From assembly GCA_052289195.1 (NCBI GenBank), contig DAWAJD010000005.1, positions 12,537-76,536 of the forward strand: a DNA stretch of 64,000 nt, in the 5' to 3' direction. The notes under the pieces were generated by a model that saw nothing but the letters and a program-made list of their open reading frames with translations, had not been told where the DNA came from and did not search any database. Made by a program: the position numbers and the translations under genes. Positions within the stretch are counted from its first letter, which is position 1. Each line of letters opens with the position of its first letter. Positions 53,316 through 62,759 of the stretch are shown here, one piece after another. This DNA comes from Butyricicoccaceae bacterium. Lineage in GTDB: Bacteria; Bacillota; Clostridia; Oscillospirales; Butyricicoccaceae.

Positions 53316-54020
53316 TCAGTCCTTCAGCGCATAGCCGCAGAACAGAATGGCGGCCTTTGCCAGCTCGGCGGTGGGGTCGATGAAGCTGCCCGGCAGGGCC
53401 AGCTCCTGCTGGACGATGGGCAGCTCCGTGCAGCCTAAAATGAAATAATCCGCGCCGCGGCGGGTCAGCCCGTCCAGCAGCTGCTCCATGGGCCGGCGCA
53501 CCAGCTCCAGCGGCTTTCCGCCCTTGACGCAGTCGTAGATGGCCGTCATAAGCACATCCCGCTGAGGCTCGTCGGGCAGGATGCAGGCGACGCCTTCCTT
53601 CTCTAGCGCTGTTTCATAAAGGCCGGAGGCCAGCGTGCCCCGGGTGGCCAAAACGCAGGCGGTCTTTCCCGGGAAGCGGGCGGCGCAGGCCTTGGCGGTG
53701 GCCTCCAGCATGCTGAGGAAGGGGATGCTCGTCTGGCTCTGGAGCCGGGGCAGGAAATAGTGGGCCGTGTTGCAGGGCATGATGATGCAGTCCGCCCCGC
53801 AGGCCTCCAGATGGCGCAGCGCGTCGGACATTTCGGGGACGGGATCGGCGCCGCCCTGCAGGATGGCGGCCGTCCGGTCCGGGATCCGGCAGTTATTATC
53901 AATATAGATGCGGATATGCTCGTTGTCGCAGCCGGCGCGGGTCATCAGAACGATCTTGCGGAACAGATCGGCCGTGGCCAGCGGGCCCATGCCGCCCAGG
54001 ATACCGATGGTCTTTTTCAT
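53316..54020 (-). CDS. Aspartate/glutamate racemase family protein (aspartate racemase-like)
   Basis: The ATG at 54020 follows AAGGAG. Motifs are IGILGGMGPLAT, the first catalytic Cys in MPCNTAHYF and the second in ILGCTELP. The protein is 234 aa. Confidence 0.85.
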   Translation of the reverse strand: MKKTIGILGGMGPLATADLFRKIVLMTRAGCDNEHIRIYIDNNCRIPDRTAAILQGGADPVPEMSDALRHLEACGADCIIMPCNTAHYFLPRLQSQTSIPFLSMLEATAKACAARFPGKTACVLATRGTLASGLYETALEKEGVACILPDEPQRDVLMTAIYDCVKGGKPLELVRRPMEQLLDGLTRRGADYFILGCTELPIVQQELALPGSFIDPTAELAKAAILFCGYALKD

Positions 54021-54094
54021 ATGCAGGCTCCTTTTCAGGATATTCTCACAATTAATCACTATAGCGAAAGCGGGAGAAAAAAGCAAGAAAAAGT

Positions 54095-54133
54095 CGCAAA
54101 AAAAGAAAACGGCTCCCGCTTCCGCGGGAGCCG
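54095..54133 (-). terminator. Rho-independent terminator of the ferredoxin gene
   Basis: On the minus strand, CGGCTCCCGC-GGAA-GCGGGAGCCG is followed by TTTTCTTTTTTT. Confidence 0.65.
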
Positions 54134-54150
54134 CTCTTGCTTGTCTGTAA

Positions 54151-54318
54151 TTATTCAGAGATGGCGCCAACGGGGCAAGCGCCGGCACAAGCGCCGCAGC
54201 TCACGCAGGTGTTTTCGTCGATCTCGAACTTACCGCCGGCGTCCTTGATCGCGCTCATGGGGCAAGCGCTGGCACAGGAACCGCAAGCGATGCAAGCGTC
54301 AGAAATTTTGTAGGCCAT
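54151..54318 (-). CDS. fdx: 2[4Fe-4S] clostridial-type ferredoxin (55 aa; below the ORF-track size cutoff)
   Basis: Hand translation gives MAYKISDACIACGSCASACPMSAIKDAGGKFEIDENTCVSCGACAGACPVGAISE. It has two CxxCxxCxxxCP motifs. The RBS AGGAGGTG lies upstream. Confidence 0.85.
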   Translation of the reverse strand: MAYKISDACIACGSCASACPMSAIKDAGGKFEIDENTCVSCGACAGACPVGAISE

Positions 54319-54448
54319 AATAAAGCACCTCCTGTAGATTCTCCCTCTATTCTAACAGATAATCTGAAAAAAGCAATGCCTAATTCAACAAATCGGGAGA
54401 TAAATAATCCGCTTTATTTTGGAAAAGATAGCAAGCGGAGGCGATGGT

Positions 54449-54547
54449 ATGAAAAAAACACGGAGAAAGGTCACGCTGGAGGACGGCAACACATTGGAGA
54501 TGTCCGTCTCCCATGAGGGGAGATTCGGCTCCGGGGTGGACGCATGA
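54449..54547 (+). CDS. Possible 32-codon upstream ORF translationally coupled to the Clp ATPase gene
   Basis: GGAGG (54437-54441) lies 7 nt before the ATG at 54449. The product is [32 protein letters not shown]. Its stop overlaps the Clp start (ATGA at 54544-54547). There is no family support. Confidence 0.2.
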   Translation: MKKTRRKVTLEDGNTLEMSVSHEGRFGSGVDA

Positions 54548-56754
54548 CGGAGCCGCGGTTTTCTCAGAGCGGGCGCAGCGCGCTGCTCCGGGCCTATCAG
54601 CTGGCCCGGGGCGCCTGCCACAGCTGGGTAGGGCCGGAGCATCTGCTGCTGGGGGCCATGCTGGAGGAATGCGGCCCCGGGCGGCTGCTGGAGCATCCGG
54701 AGGAGCTCGGCAAAAAGGCGGAGCAGCTGGCGCAGCAGCAGATGGGCCGGGGAAAAAGCGCCTCTCTGCCGGTGGTGCTGAGCCAGACGGCGGCCGACGC
54801 CATCCAGCGGGCGGCGCAGCTGGCGGAGGGGAGCGTTGCCGCCCGGGATCTGCTTTTGGCGCTGCTGGAGAGCGGCGACCCTGCCGTCTCCGCCATTTTG
54901 CAGCAGTGCGGCTGCGACGGAGAGACCCTGCGCCGCCGTCTGCGGCTGCGTCCCGCCGCGCCCAGAGCCGCCGCCAGGCGCTGCGAGCTGAAGCTGACCC
55001 TGCAGTTCGGCGAGGACATGACCGCCCGGGCGCTGGCCCACGGCTATGATCCCGTGGCCTGCCGGGACCGGGAGATCGCCCGGGTGATGCAGATCCTGGC
55101 CCGGCGGCAGAAGAGCAACCCCGTTTTGCTGGGCGAGGCCGGCGTGGGCAAGACGGCGGTGGTGGAGGGGCTGGCCCAGCGGATCGCCTTCGGCGAAGCG
55201 CCCGCCTGTCTGCTGGAGCGCAAGGTGATCGCCCTGCAGCTGGCTTCCATGGTGGCGGGGACGAAATACCGGGGCGAATTTGAAGAGCGGGTGGGCGCGA
55301 TCCTTTCGGAGGTACGCGCCGCCGGCAATGTGATCCTGTTTCTGGACGAGCTGCACACCATCTGCGGCGCCGGCGCAGCGGAGGGCGCCATCGACCTGAG
55401 CAATCTGCTGAAGCCTGCGCTGGCCCGGGGCGGCCTGCAGGTCATCGGAGCCACCACCGGCGCGGAGTTCAAGAAATACATCAGCCGGGACGCGGCGCTT
55501 TCCCGCCGGTTCCAGCCGGTGCCTGTGGCGGAGCCCTCTCCCCGGGAGACCGAGCTGATCCTTCGTGCCCTGCGGCCAAGGTATGAGCGGTACCATGGGG
55601 TGCTTATCACGGAAGGCGCCCTGCAGAGCGCGGTGCGGCTCTCGCCCCGCTGTATGCCCGGCAGATACGACCCTGATCGGTCGGTGGATCTGCTGGATGA
55701 GGCGGCGGCCTGCGCCGCGCTGCAGCGGGATAGAAAGGCAGAGCGCCGCCATGTGGTTCAGGTGGCGCGGCAGCTGCAGGGGGAGGACTGGCAGACGGAG
55801 GAGCAGCAGACCCAGCGGCTTTTGGGACTGGAGGAGCAGCTGAAGCAGGCTGTGCTGGGGCAGGAGAGCGCCGTGGCCGCCGTGGCCCGGGCCATGGTGC
55901 GGCGGAGCGCCTTTCCGGAGGAGCGGCGGCCCCGGGCGGGCTTTTTGCTTTGCGGGCCCAGCGGCGTGGGAAAGACCAGCCTGGCCCGGGCGCTGGCGCA
56001 GGAGCTTTATCCCGGACAAAGCAGCGGGCTGATCCGGCTGGATATGAGCGAATATATGGAAAAGCACGCGGCGGCCAGGCTCATCGGCGCACCGCCGGGC
56101 TATGTCGGCTATGGCGAGGGCGGCCAGCTTACCGAGCGGGTACGGGCAAGGCCCTGCAGCGTGGTGCTGCTGGACGAGGTGGAAAAGGCCCATCCGGATG
56201 TGCTCAATCTGCTGCTGCAGATCCTGGAGGAGGGCTGTCTTACCGACGGCACCGGTCAGAGCGTCAGCTTTCGGGAGACGGTGCTGGTGCTCACCTCCAA
56301 TCTGGGGGCGGAGCACTGGATGGGGCGGCAGCAGGCGGGCTTTGTGCGGGAGGAGCGCGCCCGGGCCTGCGAGGAGCAGATCCGGAAGGAGCTGCGCCAG
56401 ACCCTGCGGCCGGAGCTTCTGGGCAGGCTGGACGGCGTCGTCATGTTCCGTCCGCTGGAGCGGGAGCAGCTGCGGGCCATCCTCCGGCTGGAGCTGGAGC
56501 GGCTGCGACAGGGCTGTCTGGCCCGGGGCGTGACCCTCTGCTGGACGGAGGACTGCGAGACGCTGCTGCTGGACCATGGAGCCGATCCGGCCCAGGGCGC
56601 CCGGCCGCTGCGCCGGGCGGTGGAGACGCTGGCGGAGGAACCGCTGGCGCTGGCGCTTTTGCAGAGCGGCGAAGCCGGAAGCGTTTGCCTGCAGGCGGAA
56701 AACGGACGGCTGATCCCCCATTGGCAGGAGAGCCGCCAGCCGGCGGCGCAGTAA
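54544..56754 (+). CDS. ClpA/ClpC-family AAA+ ATPase (two nucleotide-binding domains, short middle region)
   Basis: 736 aa with Clp_N repeats. The first Walker A is [13 protein letters not shown] and the second is [15 protein letters not shown]. It also has ILFLDELHT and the sensor region GARPLRR. Confidence 0.88.
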   Translation: MTEPRFSQSGRSALLRAYQLARGACHSWVGPEHLLLGAMLEECGPGRLLEHPEELGKKAEQLAQQQMGRGKSASLPVVLSQTAADAIQRAAQLAEGSVAARDLLLALLESGDPAVSAILQQCGCDGETLRRRLRLRPAAPRAAARRCELKLTLQFGEDMTARALAHGYDPVACRDREIARVMQILARRQKSNPVLLGEAGVGKTAVVEGLAQRIAFGEAPACLLERKVIALQLASMVAGTKYRGEFEERVGAILSEVRAAGNVILFLDELHTICGAGAAEGAIDLSNLLKPALARGGLQVIGATTGAEFKKYISRDAALSRRFQPVPVAEPSPRETELILRALRPRYERYHGVLITEGALQSAVRLSPRCMPGRYDPDRSVDLLDEAAACAALQRDRKAERRHVVQVARQLQGEDWQTEEQQTQRLLGLEEQLKQAVLGQESAVAAVARAMVRRSAFPEERRPRAGFLLCGPSGVGKTSLARALAQELYPGQSSGLIRLDMSEYMEKHAAARLIGAPPGYVGYGEGGQLTERVRARPCSVVLLDEVEKAHPDVLNLLLQILEEGCLTDGTGQSVSFRETVLVLTSNLGAEHWMGRQQAGFVREERARACEEQIRKELRQTLRPELLGRLDGVVMFRPLEREQLRAILRLELERLRQGCLARGVTLCWTEDCETLLLDHGADPAQGARPLRRAVETLAEEPLALALLQSGEAGSVCLQAENGRLIPHWQESRQPAAQ

Positions 56755-56815
56755 AGCGGGCCGGGGCGTTCCTGCCGGAAAAGCGCCCGGAAAAGCGGGC
56801 TTTCGGCGGCTGCCG

Positions 56816-56845
56816 GCGCATTTCCTTCGGGAAATGCGCTTTTTT
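56816..56845 (+). terminator. Rho-independent terminator after the Clp ATPase gene
   Basis: GCGCATTTCC-TTCG-GGAAATGCGC followed by TTTTTT. Confidence 0.75.
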
Positions 56846-56858
56846 GCGTTCCTTTCTC

Positions 56859-56887
56859 TTGCAACGGGCCGCGGAAGAAGCTATAAT
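56859..56887 (+). promoter_or_regulatory. Sigma-A promoter of gltX-glnS
   Basis: TTGCAA (56859-56864), a 17-nt spacer, then TATAAT (56882-56887). Confidence 0.5.
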
Positions 56888-56927
56888 AAAGTGATATCAT
56901 GTATTTTTATTTAGGAGTGACATAGAG

Positions 56928-58577
56928 ATGACCGATCCCATCCGTCTTGCCCAGCTTCTGTTTCCCCATGTGACCCAAACGCCGGAGCAGCTGCTGGAGA
57001 AGCAATTCCCGCCCAGAGACCTGAAGGAGGGCGCACAGGTGACCCGCTTCGCCCCCAGCCCCACGGGCTTTCTGCACATCGGCGGCGTTTTTTCCGCCAT
57101 GATTTCCGAGCGGGTGGCCCACACCACCGGCGGCAGGGTCATCCTGCGCATCGAGGACACCGATAAAAAGCGCGAGGTGGAGGGCGGCGTCCGGCTCATT
57201 GCTCAGGGCCTGCGGGATTTTGGCATTACCTTTGACGAGGGCGCGGTGGACGATGAGACGGAGACCGGCGCTTACGGCCCCTACACGCAGAGCCGCCGGG
57301 CGGAATACTACCATGTGTTCTGCAAGGCGCTGGTGGAGAAGGGCCTTGCCTATCCCTGCTTCTGCACGGCGGAGGAGATCGACGCCATTCGTCAGGCCCA
57401 GGAGGCGCAGGGCATTACGCCGGGCTATTGGGGCGAATATGCCCGCTGCCGGGAGCTGACGCTGGAGCAGGTGGAGGAACGGCTGCAGGCGGGCATGCCC
57501 TATGTGCTGCGGCTGCGCTCCCCGGGAAAGCCCGGCGGAAGAGTGAAGTTCCGGGACGCCATCCGCGGCGACATCGAGATGGAGGAAAACTTCGTGGATG
57601 TGGTGCTGCTCAAGAGCGACGGCATCCCCACCTATCATTTTGCCCATGTGGTGGACGATACGCTGATGCGGGTGACGCAGGTGGTCCGGGGCGACGAATG
57701 GATCGCTTCCGCGCCCATCCATCTGCAGCTGTTCTGGCTGTGCGGCCTGAAGGCCCCGAAATACGCCCATATCGCCCCCATCATGAAGGAGGAGGACGGC
57801 TCCCGGCGCAAGCTCTCCAAGCGGAAGGATCCGGAGGCGGCCGTCAGCTATTTCACTCAGGAGGGTTATCCGGCGGAGGCCGTGATGGAATATCTGCTCA
57901 CCATCGCCAATTCCAATTTTGAGGACTGGCGGCGGCAGAACAAGGACGCCCACTACACCCAGTTCCCCTTCAAGCTGAACAAGATGAGCGCCTCCGGCGC
58001 GCTGTTTGACCTGAAAAAGCTGCAGAGCGTCTCGGCGGAGGTCATCTCCCGGATGACTGCGGAGGAGGTGTATGTCCAGGCGCTGGCCTGGGCCCAGCGC
58101 TTCGACGCCCAGCTGGCCGGGCTGCTGCAGCAGGACGCGGACTATGCCAAAGGGCTGTTTTCCATCGACCGGGGCGGCAAAAAGCCCCGGAAGGATATCG
58201 TCCGCTGGAGCGATGTCCGCAGCTATGCCGCCTATTTCTACGATCCGCTGTTCTGCCGGGAGGAGACGCTGGAGCTGGAGCCCGCCCTGCAGAAGCAGGT
58301 GCTGGACGCATATCTGCCGGCGATGGACTGCGGCGACGACAAGGACGCCTGGTTCGGCAAAATGAAGGAGCTCTGCCCGGCGCTGGGCCTTTCCCCCGAT
58401 GTGAAGGCCTATAAGGCCGCGCCGGAGCAGTTCCGGGGGCATGTGGGCGATGTGAGCGCTGTGGTGCGCATGGCCGTCACCGGACGGAAAAACACCCCCG
58501 ATCTTCACGCGATCATGGCCCTTCTGGGGCAGGAGACCTGCGCCCGGCGCATCCGGGAATACCGGGACAGCCTGTAA
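56928..58577 (+). CDS. gltX: Glutamate--tRNA ligase (long form)
   Basis: 549 aa. Class I motifs are HIGG (PSPTGFLHIGG) and KLSKRK. Confidence 0.88.
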   Translation: MTDPIRLAQLLFPHVTQTPEQLLEKQFPPRDLKEGAQVTRFAPSPTGFLHIGGVFSAMISERVAHTTGGRVILRIEDTDKKREVEGGVRLIAQGLRDFGITFDEGAVDDETETGAYGPYTQSRRAEYYHVFCKALVEKGLAYPCFCTAEEIDAIRQAQEAQGITPGYWGEYARCRELTLEQVEERLQAGMPYVLRLRSPGKPGGRVKFRDAIRGDIEMEENFVDVVLLKSDGIPTYHFAHVVDDTLMRVTQVVRGDEWIASAPIHLQLFWLCGLKAPKYAHIAPIMKEEDGSRRKLSKRKDPEAAVSYFTQEGYPAEAVMEYLLTIANSNFEDWRRQNKDAHYTQFPFKLNKMSASGALFDLKKLQSVSAEVISRMTAEEVYVQALAWAQRFDAQLAGLLQQDADYAKGLFSIDRGGKKPRKDIVRWSDVRSYAAYFYDPLFCREETLELEPALQKQVLDAYLPAMDCGDDKDAWFGKMKELCPALGLSPDVKAYKAAPEQFRGHVGDVSAVVRMAVTGRKNTPDLHAIMALLGQETCARRIREYRDSL

Positions 58578-58630
58578 AGCCCGGAAAGCGTAAATAATCA
58601 AAAAACATCAATATTAAGGAGAGCTCCAAT

Positions 58631-60316
58631 ATGGAAGAAGAGATCAAGACCACCGGCGCAGCCGGCAATTTTATCGAAGAATTCATCAAGGAAGACCTCG
58701 CCCCCGGCGGACGCTTTGAAGGCAAAAAGGTCCACACCCGTTTTCCCCCGGAGCCCAACGGCTATCTGCACATCGGCCACTGCAAGGCCCTGTGTATCGA
58801 CTTTGGCACGGCGGAAAAGTTCGGCGGCCTGTGCAACCTGCGCTTTGACGATACCAACCCCGCCAAGGAGGATACCGAGTTTGTGGAGGCCATTCAGGAG
58901 GATATCCACTGGCTGGGCTTCGACTGGGGCGACCGGCTGTTTTACGGCTCCGATTATTTCGAGAAGGACTATGAATACGCCGTGGAGCTGATCCGAAAGG
59001 GCCTGGCCTATGTCTGCGAGCTGACGCCGGAGGAGTTTTCCAAATACCGGGGCGACACCCAGCATCCTGCCGTCAGCCCCTGGCGGGACCGGCCGGTGGA
59101 GGAGAGCCTGGAGCTGTTTGAGCGCATGAAAAACGGCGAGTTCCCCGAGGGAAAATATACCCTGCGGGCCAAGATCGACCTGGCCTCCGGCAACTTCAAT
59201 ATGCGGGACCCGGTGATCTACCGGATCCGCTACATCGAGCACCACCGGCAGGGCACCAAGTGGTGTATTTTCCCCATGTATGATTTTGCCCATCCCATTC
59301 AGGACGCGCTGGAGCATATCACCCATTCCCTTTGCTCACTGGAATATGAGGACCATCGCCCCCTGTACGATTGGGTCATCAACCATGTTTCCGTCCCCTC
59401 CAAGCCCCGGCAGATCGAGTTTGCCCGGCTGGGCATCGACCATACCGTCATGTCCAAGCGCAAGCTCCGCCAGCTGGTGGAGGAGAAGAAGGTCTCCGGC
59501 TGGGACGACCCCCGGATGCCAACCCTCTGCGGCCTGCGCCGGAGAGGCTATACCGCCGCCGCCATCCGCAATTTCTGCGAGCGCATCGGCGTGGCCAAGG
59601 TGTCCAGCACGGTGGAATACGCCTTTCTGGAGCACTGCCTGCGGGAGGATCTGAACGAGCACGCCCGCCGGGTGATGGCGGTGCTGCGGCCCGTCAAGCT
59701 GATCATCACCAACTATCCCGAGGGAAAGCGCGAGACCTTCGAGGTGGAAAACAACCCCAACCGCCCCGAGGACGGCACCCATACCGTCACCTTCTCCCGG
59801 GAGCTTTATGTGGAGCGCGAGGACTTTCTGGAGACGCCGGTGCCCAAATATAAGCGTCTGTTCCCCGGCGGCCCGGAATGCCGCCTGAAGGGCGCTTATC
59901 TCATCACCTGCACCGGCTGTAAAAAGAACGACGACGGCAGCATCGCGGAGATCTATGCAGAATACGATCCCGATTCCCGGGGCGGCGACCCGGCGGATGG
60001 CCGCAAGGTCAAGGGCGCAACGCTTCACTGGGTGGACGCCGCCACTGCGGTGGACGCAGAGGTGCGGCTTTATGACGAGCTGTTCTGCGACGCAAACCCC
60101 GACGCCTTTGAGGGCGGCTTCCTGGCCTGCCTGAACCCGGCTTCTCTGGAGATCCTCAGCGGCTGCAAGGTGGAAAAGAGCCTGGAAAACGCGCAGGCCC
60201 CGGCAGACTTCCAGTTCATGCGGCTGGGCTATTTCGCCGTGGACAATCAGGACAGCCGTCCCGGACATCTGGTGTTTAACCGGGCGGTGGCGCTGAAGGA
60301 CAGCTTTAAGAAATAA
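58631..60316 (+). CDS. glnS: Glutamine--tRNA ligase
   Basis: 561 aa. Motifs are RFPPEPNGYLHIGH, FDDTNP and VMSKRKL, with the C-terminal anticodon-binding beta-barrels typical of GlnRS. Confidence 0.93.
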   Translation: MEEEIKTTGAAGNFIEEFIKEDLAPGGRFEGKKVHTRFPPEPNGYLHIGHCKALCIDFGTAEKFGGLCNLRFDDTNPAKEDTEFVEAIQEDIHWLGFDWGDRLFYGSDYFEKDYEYAVELIRKGLAYVCELTPEEFSKYRGDTQHPAVSPWRDRPVEESLELFERMKNGEFPEGKYTLRAKIDLASGNFNMRDPVIYRIRYIEHHRQGTKWCIFPMYDFAHPIQDALEHITHSLCSLEYEDHRPLYDWVINHVSVPSKPRQIEFARLGIDHTVMSKRKLRQLVEEKKVSGWDDPRMPTLCGLRRRGYTAAAIRNFCERIGVAKVSSTVEYAFLEHCLREDLNEHARRVMAVLRPVKLIITNYPEGKRETFEVENNPNRPEDGTHTVTFSRELYVEREDFLETPVPKYKRLFPGGPECRLKGAYLITCTGCKKNDDGSIAEIYAEYDPDSRGGDPADGRKVKGATLHWVDAATAVDAEVRLYDELFCDANPDAFEGGFLACLNPASLEILSGCKVEKSLENAQAPADFQFMRLGYFAVDNQDSRPGHLVFNRAVALKDSFKK

Positions 60317-61428
60317 TGGAATATTATCTGGACAATGCCGCCACCACGGCTCCCATCCCCGCCGCCCGGGCGGCGGCGGAGCGGGCCATGGACGATTTCG
60401 GCAACCCCGGCTCGCTCCATGCGCCGGGCCGCAGGGCCCGCGCCCTGCTGGAGGAGAGCCGGGCGGCGGTGGCGGCGGCGCTGGGAACGGAGCCTGCCTG
60501 CATCACCTTTACCTCCGGCGGCACGGAGAGCATCAATACCGCCATCCGGTGCGGCGCGCGGAAAAACCGGCATCTGGGCCGGCAGCTGGTCTCCACCCAG
60601 ATCGAGCACGACGCCACGCTGAACACCCTCAAGGATCTGCGGCAGCAGGACTGGGAGGTGACGCTGGTCCCGCCGGAGCGGGACGGCCGGGTGACGCTCC
60701 CGGCGCTGCAGGCTGCGCTGCGGCCGGATACGGCGCTGGTCTCCGTCATGGGCGTCTGCAACGAGACGGGCGCCGTCCTGCCTGTCCGGGCGCTGAAGGA
60801 GGCCATGGGGGCGGTCTGTCCCCGGGCGCTGCTCCATGTGGACGGCGTGCAGGCCTTCTGCAAGATCCCCCTGCCGCTGGACTGCATCGACCTGCTGAGC
60901 CTTTCCGCCCACAAGATCGGCGGGCTCAAGGGCAGCGGGGCGCTATATATCCGCCGGGGGCTGACGCTGCCGCCGCTGCTGTTTGGCGGCGGGCAGGAAA
61001 ACGGTCTGCGCTCCGGCACGGAGGCCATGCCCCAGATCGCGGCCTTTGCTGCCGCCGCGCAGCAGAGAAGCGCGCATTTTGCGGAGGACCGGGCCCATAT
61101 GGCCGCCCTGCGGCAGCGGCTGCTGCAGGGGGCGGCGGCGCTGGGCTGCGCGGTGAATACGCCGGAGGACGGCGCGCCTCATGTGGTGAATCTTTCTCCC
61201 TGCAAGGGCCGCAGCGAGGTCTATATCCGCATCCTTTCCGACCGGGGCATCTATGTCTCCGGCGGCAGCGCCTGCGCCCGGGGAAAAAAATCCCATGTAC
61301 TGACCGCCATGCGCCTGCCGGGGAGCAATGTGGACGCGGCCCTGCGGGTGAGCTTTTGCCCGGAGACGCCGGCGGAGGCGGTGGACGCCTTTCTGGACGC
61401 GCTGCGGGAAGCGGAAAAGCTGTTTTGA
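60316..61428 (+). CDS. Cysteine desulfurase (NifS/IscS family), thiI-associated
   Basis: 370 aa with LDNAATT, the PLP-Lys motif SLSAHKIGGLKG and the active-site motif SGGSACA. It lies directly upstream of thiI. Confidence 0.88.
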   Translation: MEYYLDNAATTAPIPAARAAAERAMDDFGNPGSLHAPGRRARALLEESRAAVAAALGTEPACITFTSGGTESINTAIRCGARKNRHLGRQLVSTQIEHDATLNTLKDLRQQDWEVTLVPPERDGRVTLPALQAALRPDTALVSVMGVCNETGAVLPVRALKEAMGAVCPRALLHVDGVQAFCKIPLPLDCIDLLSLSAHKIGGLKGSGALYIRRGLTLPPLLFGGGQENGLRSGTEAMPQIAAFAAAAQQRSAHFAEDRAHMAALRQRLLQGAAALGCAVNTPEDGAPHVVNLSPCKGRSEVYIRILSDRGIYVSGGSACARGKKSHVLTAMRLPGSNVDAALRVSFCPETPAEAVDAFLDALREAEKLF

Positions 61429-61542
61429 CGGAAAGGGCGGAGGGCATTTTCCGGCTTTGGGCGCGCTTTTTCCGGGGCGCGGCAGGGCTTTGCCTTTTCG
61501 CAGGGTCTGGTATTTGAAAGATTTAAGGTGGGTTACCCAAAG

Positions 61543-62712
61543 ATGAGAGAAGTTTTGCTTTGTAAATGCGGCGAGCTGGTGCTTAAGGGCCTGAATCGCC
61601 GTAAATTTGAGGAGCGGCTCAACCGGACGCTCTACTGGCGGCTGAAAAAGGTGGGCGATTTCAAGATCCACAGCTGTCAGTCCACTATCTATGTGGAGCC
61701 GCAGGATGAGAATATCTCCATGGAGCGGGCGCTGGAGGTCTGCCGGAAGGTGTTCGGCGTGGTGGGCGTCTGCCGGGCGGCGGTCTGTGAAAAAAATATT
61801 GAGGATATCAAGCAGAAGGCCGGAGAATATCTCCGGGAGACGCTGGCGGGCGTCCGCACCTATAAGGTGGAGACCCGCCGGGCGGACAAGCGCTTTCCCC
61901 TGACCTCTCCGGAGATCAGCAGGGAGGTGGGCGGCTATCTCAGCGACCTTTATGACCATCTGCAGGCGCAGATGGAGGATCCCCAGATCACCGTCAAGGT
62001 GGAGATCCGGGAGGAGCATGCCTTTGTCAGCGCGGGGACTGTCCCCGGCGCCGGCGGCCTGCCGGTGGGAACCTCCGGACGGGGGATGCTGCTGCTCAGC
62101 GGCGGGATCGATTCCCCCGTGGCGGGCTGGATGATGGCAAAGCGGGGCATGGAGCTTTGCGGCGTGCATTTCTTCAGCTATCCCTACACCTCGCCGGAGG
62201 CAAAGCAGAAGGTGCTGGAGCTGGCGGAGGTGCTGGCGGGCTGGTGCGGCAGGATCAGCGTCACCGTCATCCCCTTCACCCATATCCAGACGGAGATCCG
62301 GGACAAGTGCAAGGAGGATTATTTTACGCTGGTGATGCGCCGCTTTATGATGCGGCTGGCGGAAAAGACTGCGCAGGCGCAGGAATGCCAGTGCCTGATC
62401 ACCGGCGAGAGCCTGGCCCAGGTAGCCAGCCAGACGGTGCAGGCCATTCACACCACCAACGCCGTCTGCACGCTGCCGGTGCTGCGGCCGGTGATCGGCA
62501 TGGACAAGGAGGAGATCATCACCGTGGCCCGCCGGGTCGGAACCATGGATATCTCTATCCTGCCCTATGAGGACTGCTGCACCGTCTTCACCCCCAAGCA
62601 TCCCCAGACCAAGCCAAGGCTGGAATATGTGGAGGAGGAAGAACGGAAGCTGGAGGTGGAGGCGCTGGTGGCGGAAGCGCTGGCTGGCGCGGAGACCCTC
62701 GTCATCGGATAA
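61543..62712 (+). CDS. thiI: tRNA 4-thiouridine(8) synthase ThiI
   Basis: The ATG at 61543 gives MREVLLCKCGELVLKGLNR. It has a THUMP region and the PP-loop LLLSGGIDSPVA. Confidence 0.9.
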   Translation: MREVLLCKCGELVLKGLNRRKFEERLNRTLYWRLKKVGDFKIHSCQSTIYVEPQDENISMERALEVCRKVFGVVGVCRAAVCEKNIEDIKQKAGEYLRETLAGVRTYKVETRRADKRFPLTSPEISREVGGYLSDLYDHLQAQMEDPQITVKVEIREEHAFVSAGTVPGAGGLPVGTSGRGMLLLSGGIDSPVAGWMMAKRGMELCGVHFFSYPYTSPEAKQKVLELAEVLAGWCGRISVTVIPFTHIQTEIRDKCKEDYFTLVMRRFMMRLAEKTAQAQECQCLITGESLAQVASQTVQAIHTTNAVCTLPVLRPVIGMDKEEIITVARRVGTMDISILPYEDCCTVFTPKHPQTKPRLEYVEEEERKLEVEALVAEALAGAETLVIG

Positions 62713-62759
62713 GCGGCGGGATCTTCTCCGCGCAAAAAACGAACGGGAGGCGGAAAAGC

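Noticed and set aside
54385-58601. Long minus-strand ORFs antisense to the Clp ATPase and gltX genes (54385-56721 and 56907-58601)
   Set aside because: The reasoning is the same as for the other shadow ORFs. They have no motifs and a Pro/Arg/Leu/Gln-rich composition. The sense strand has Walker motifs and class I synthetase signatures.
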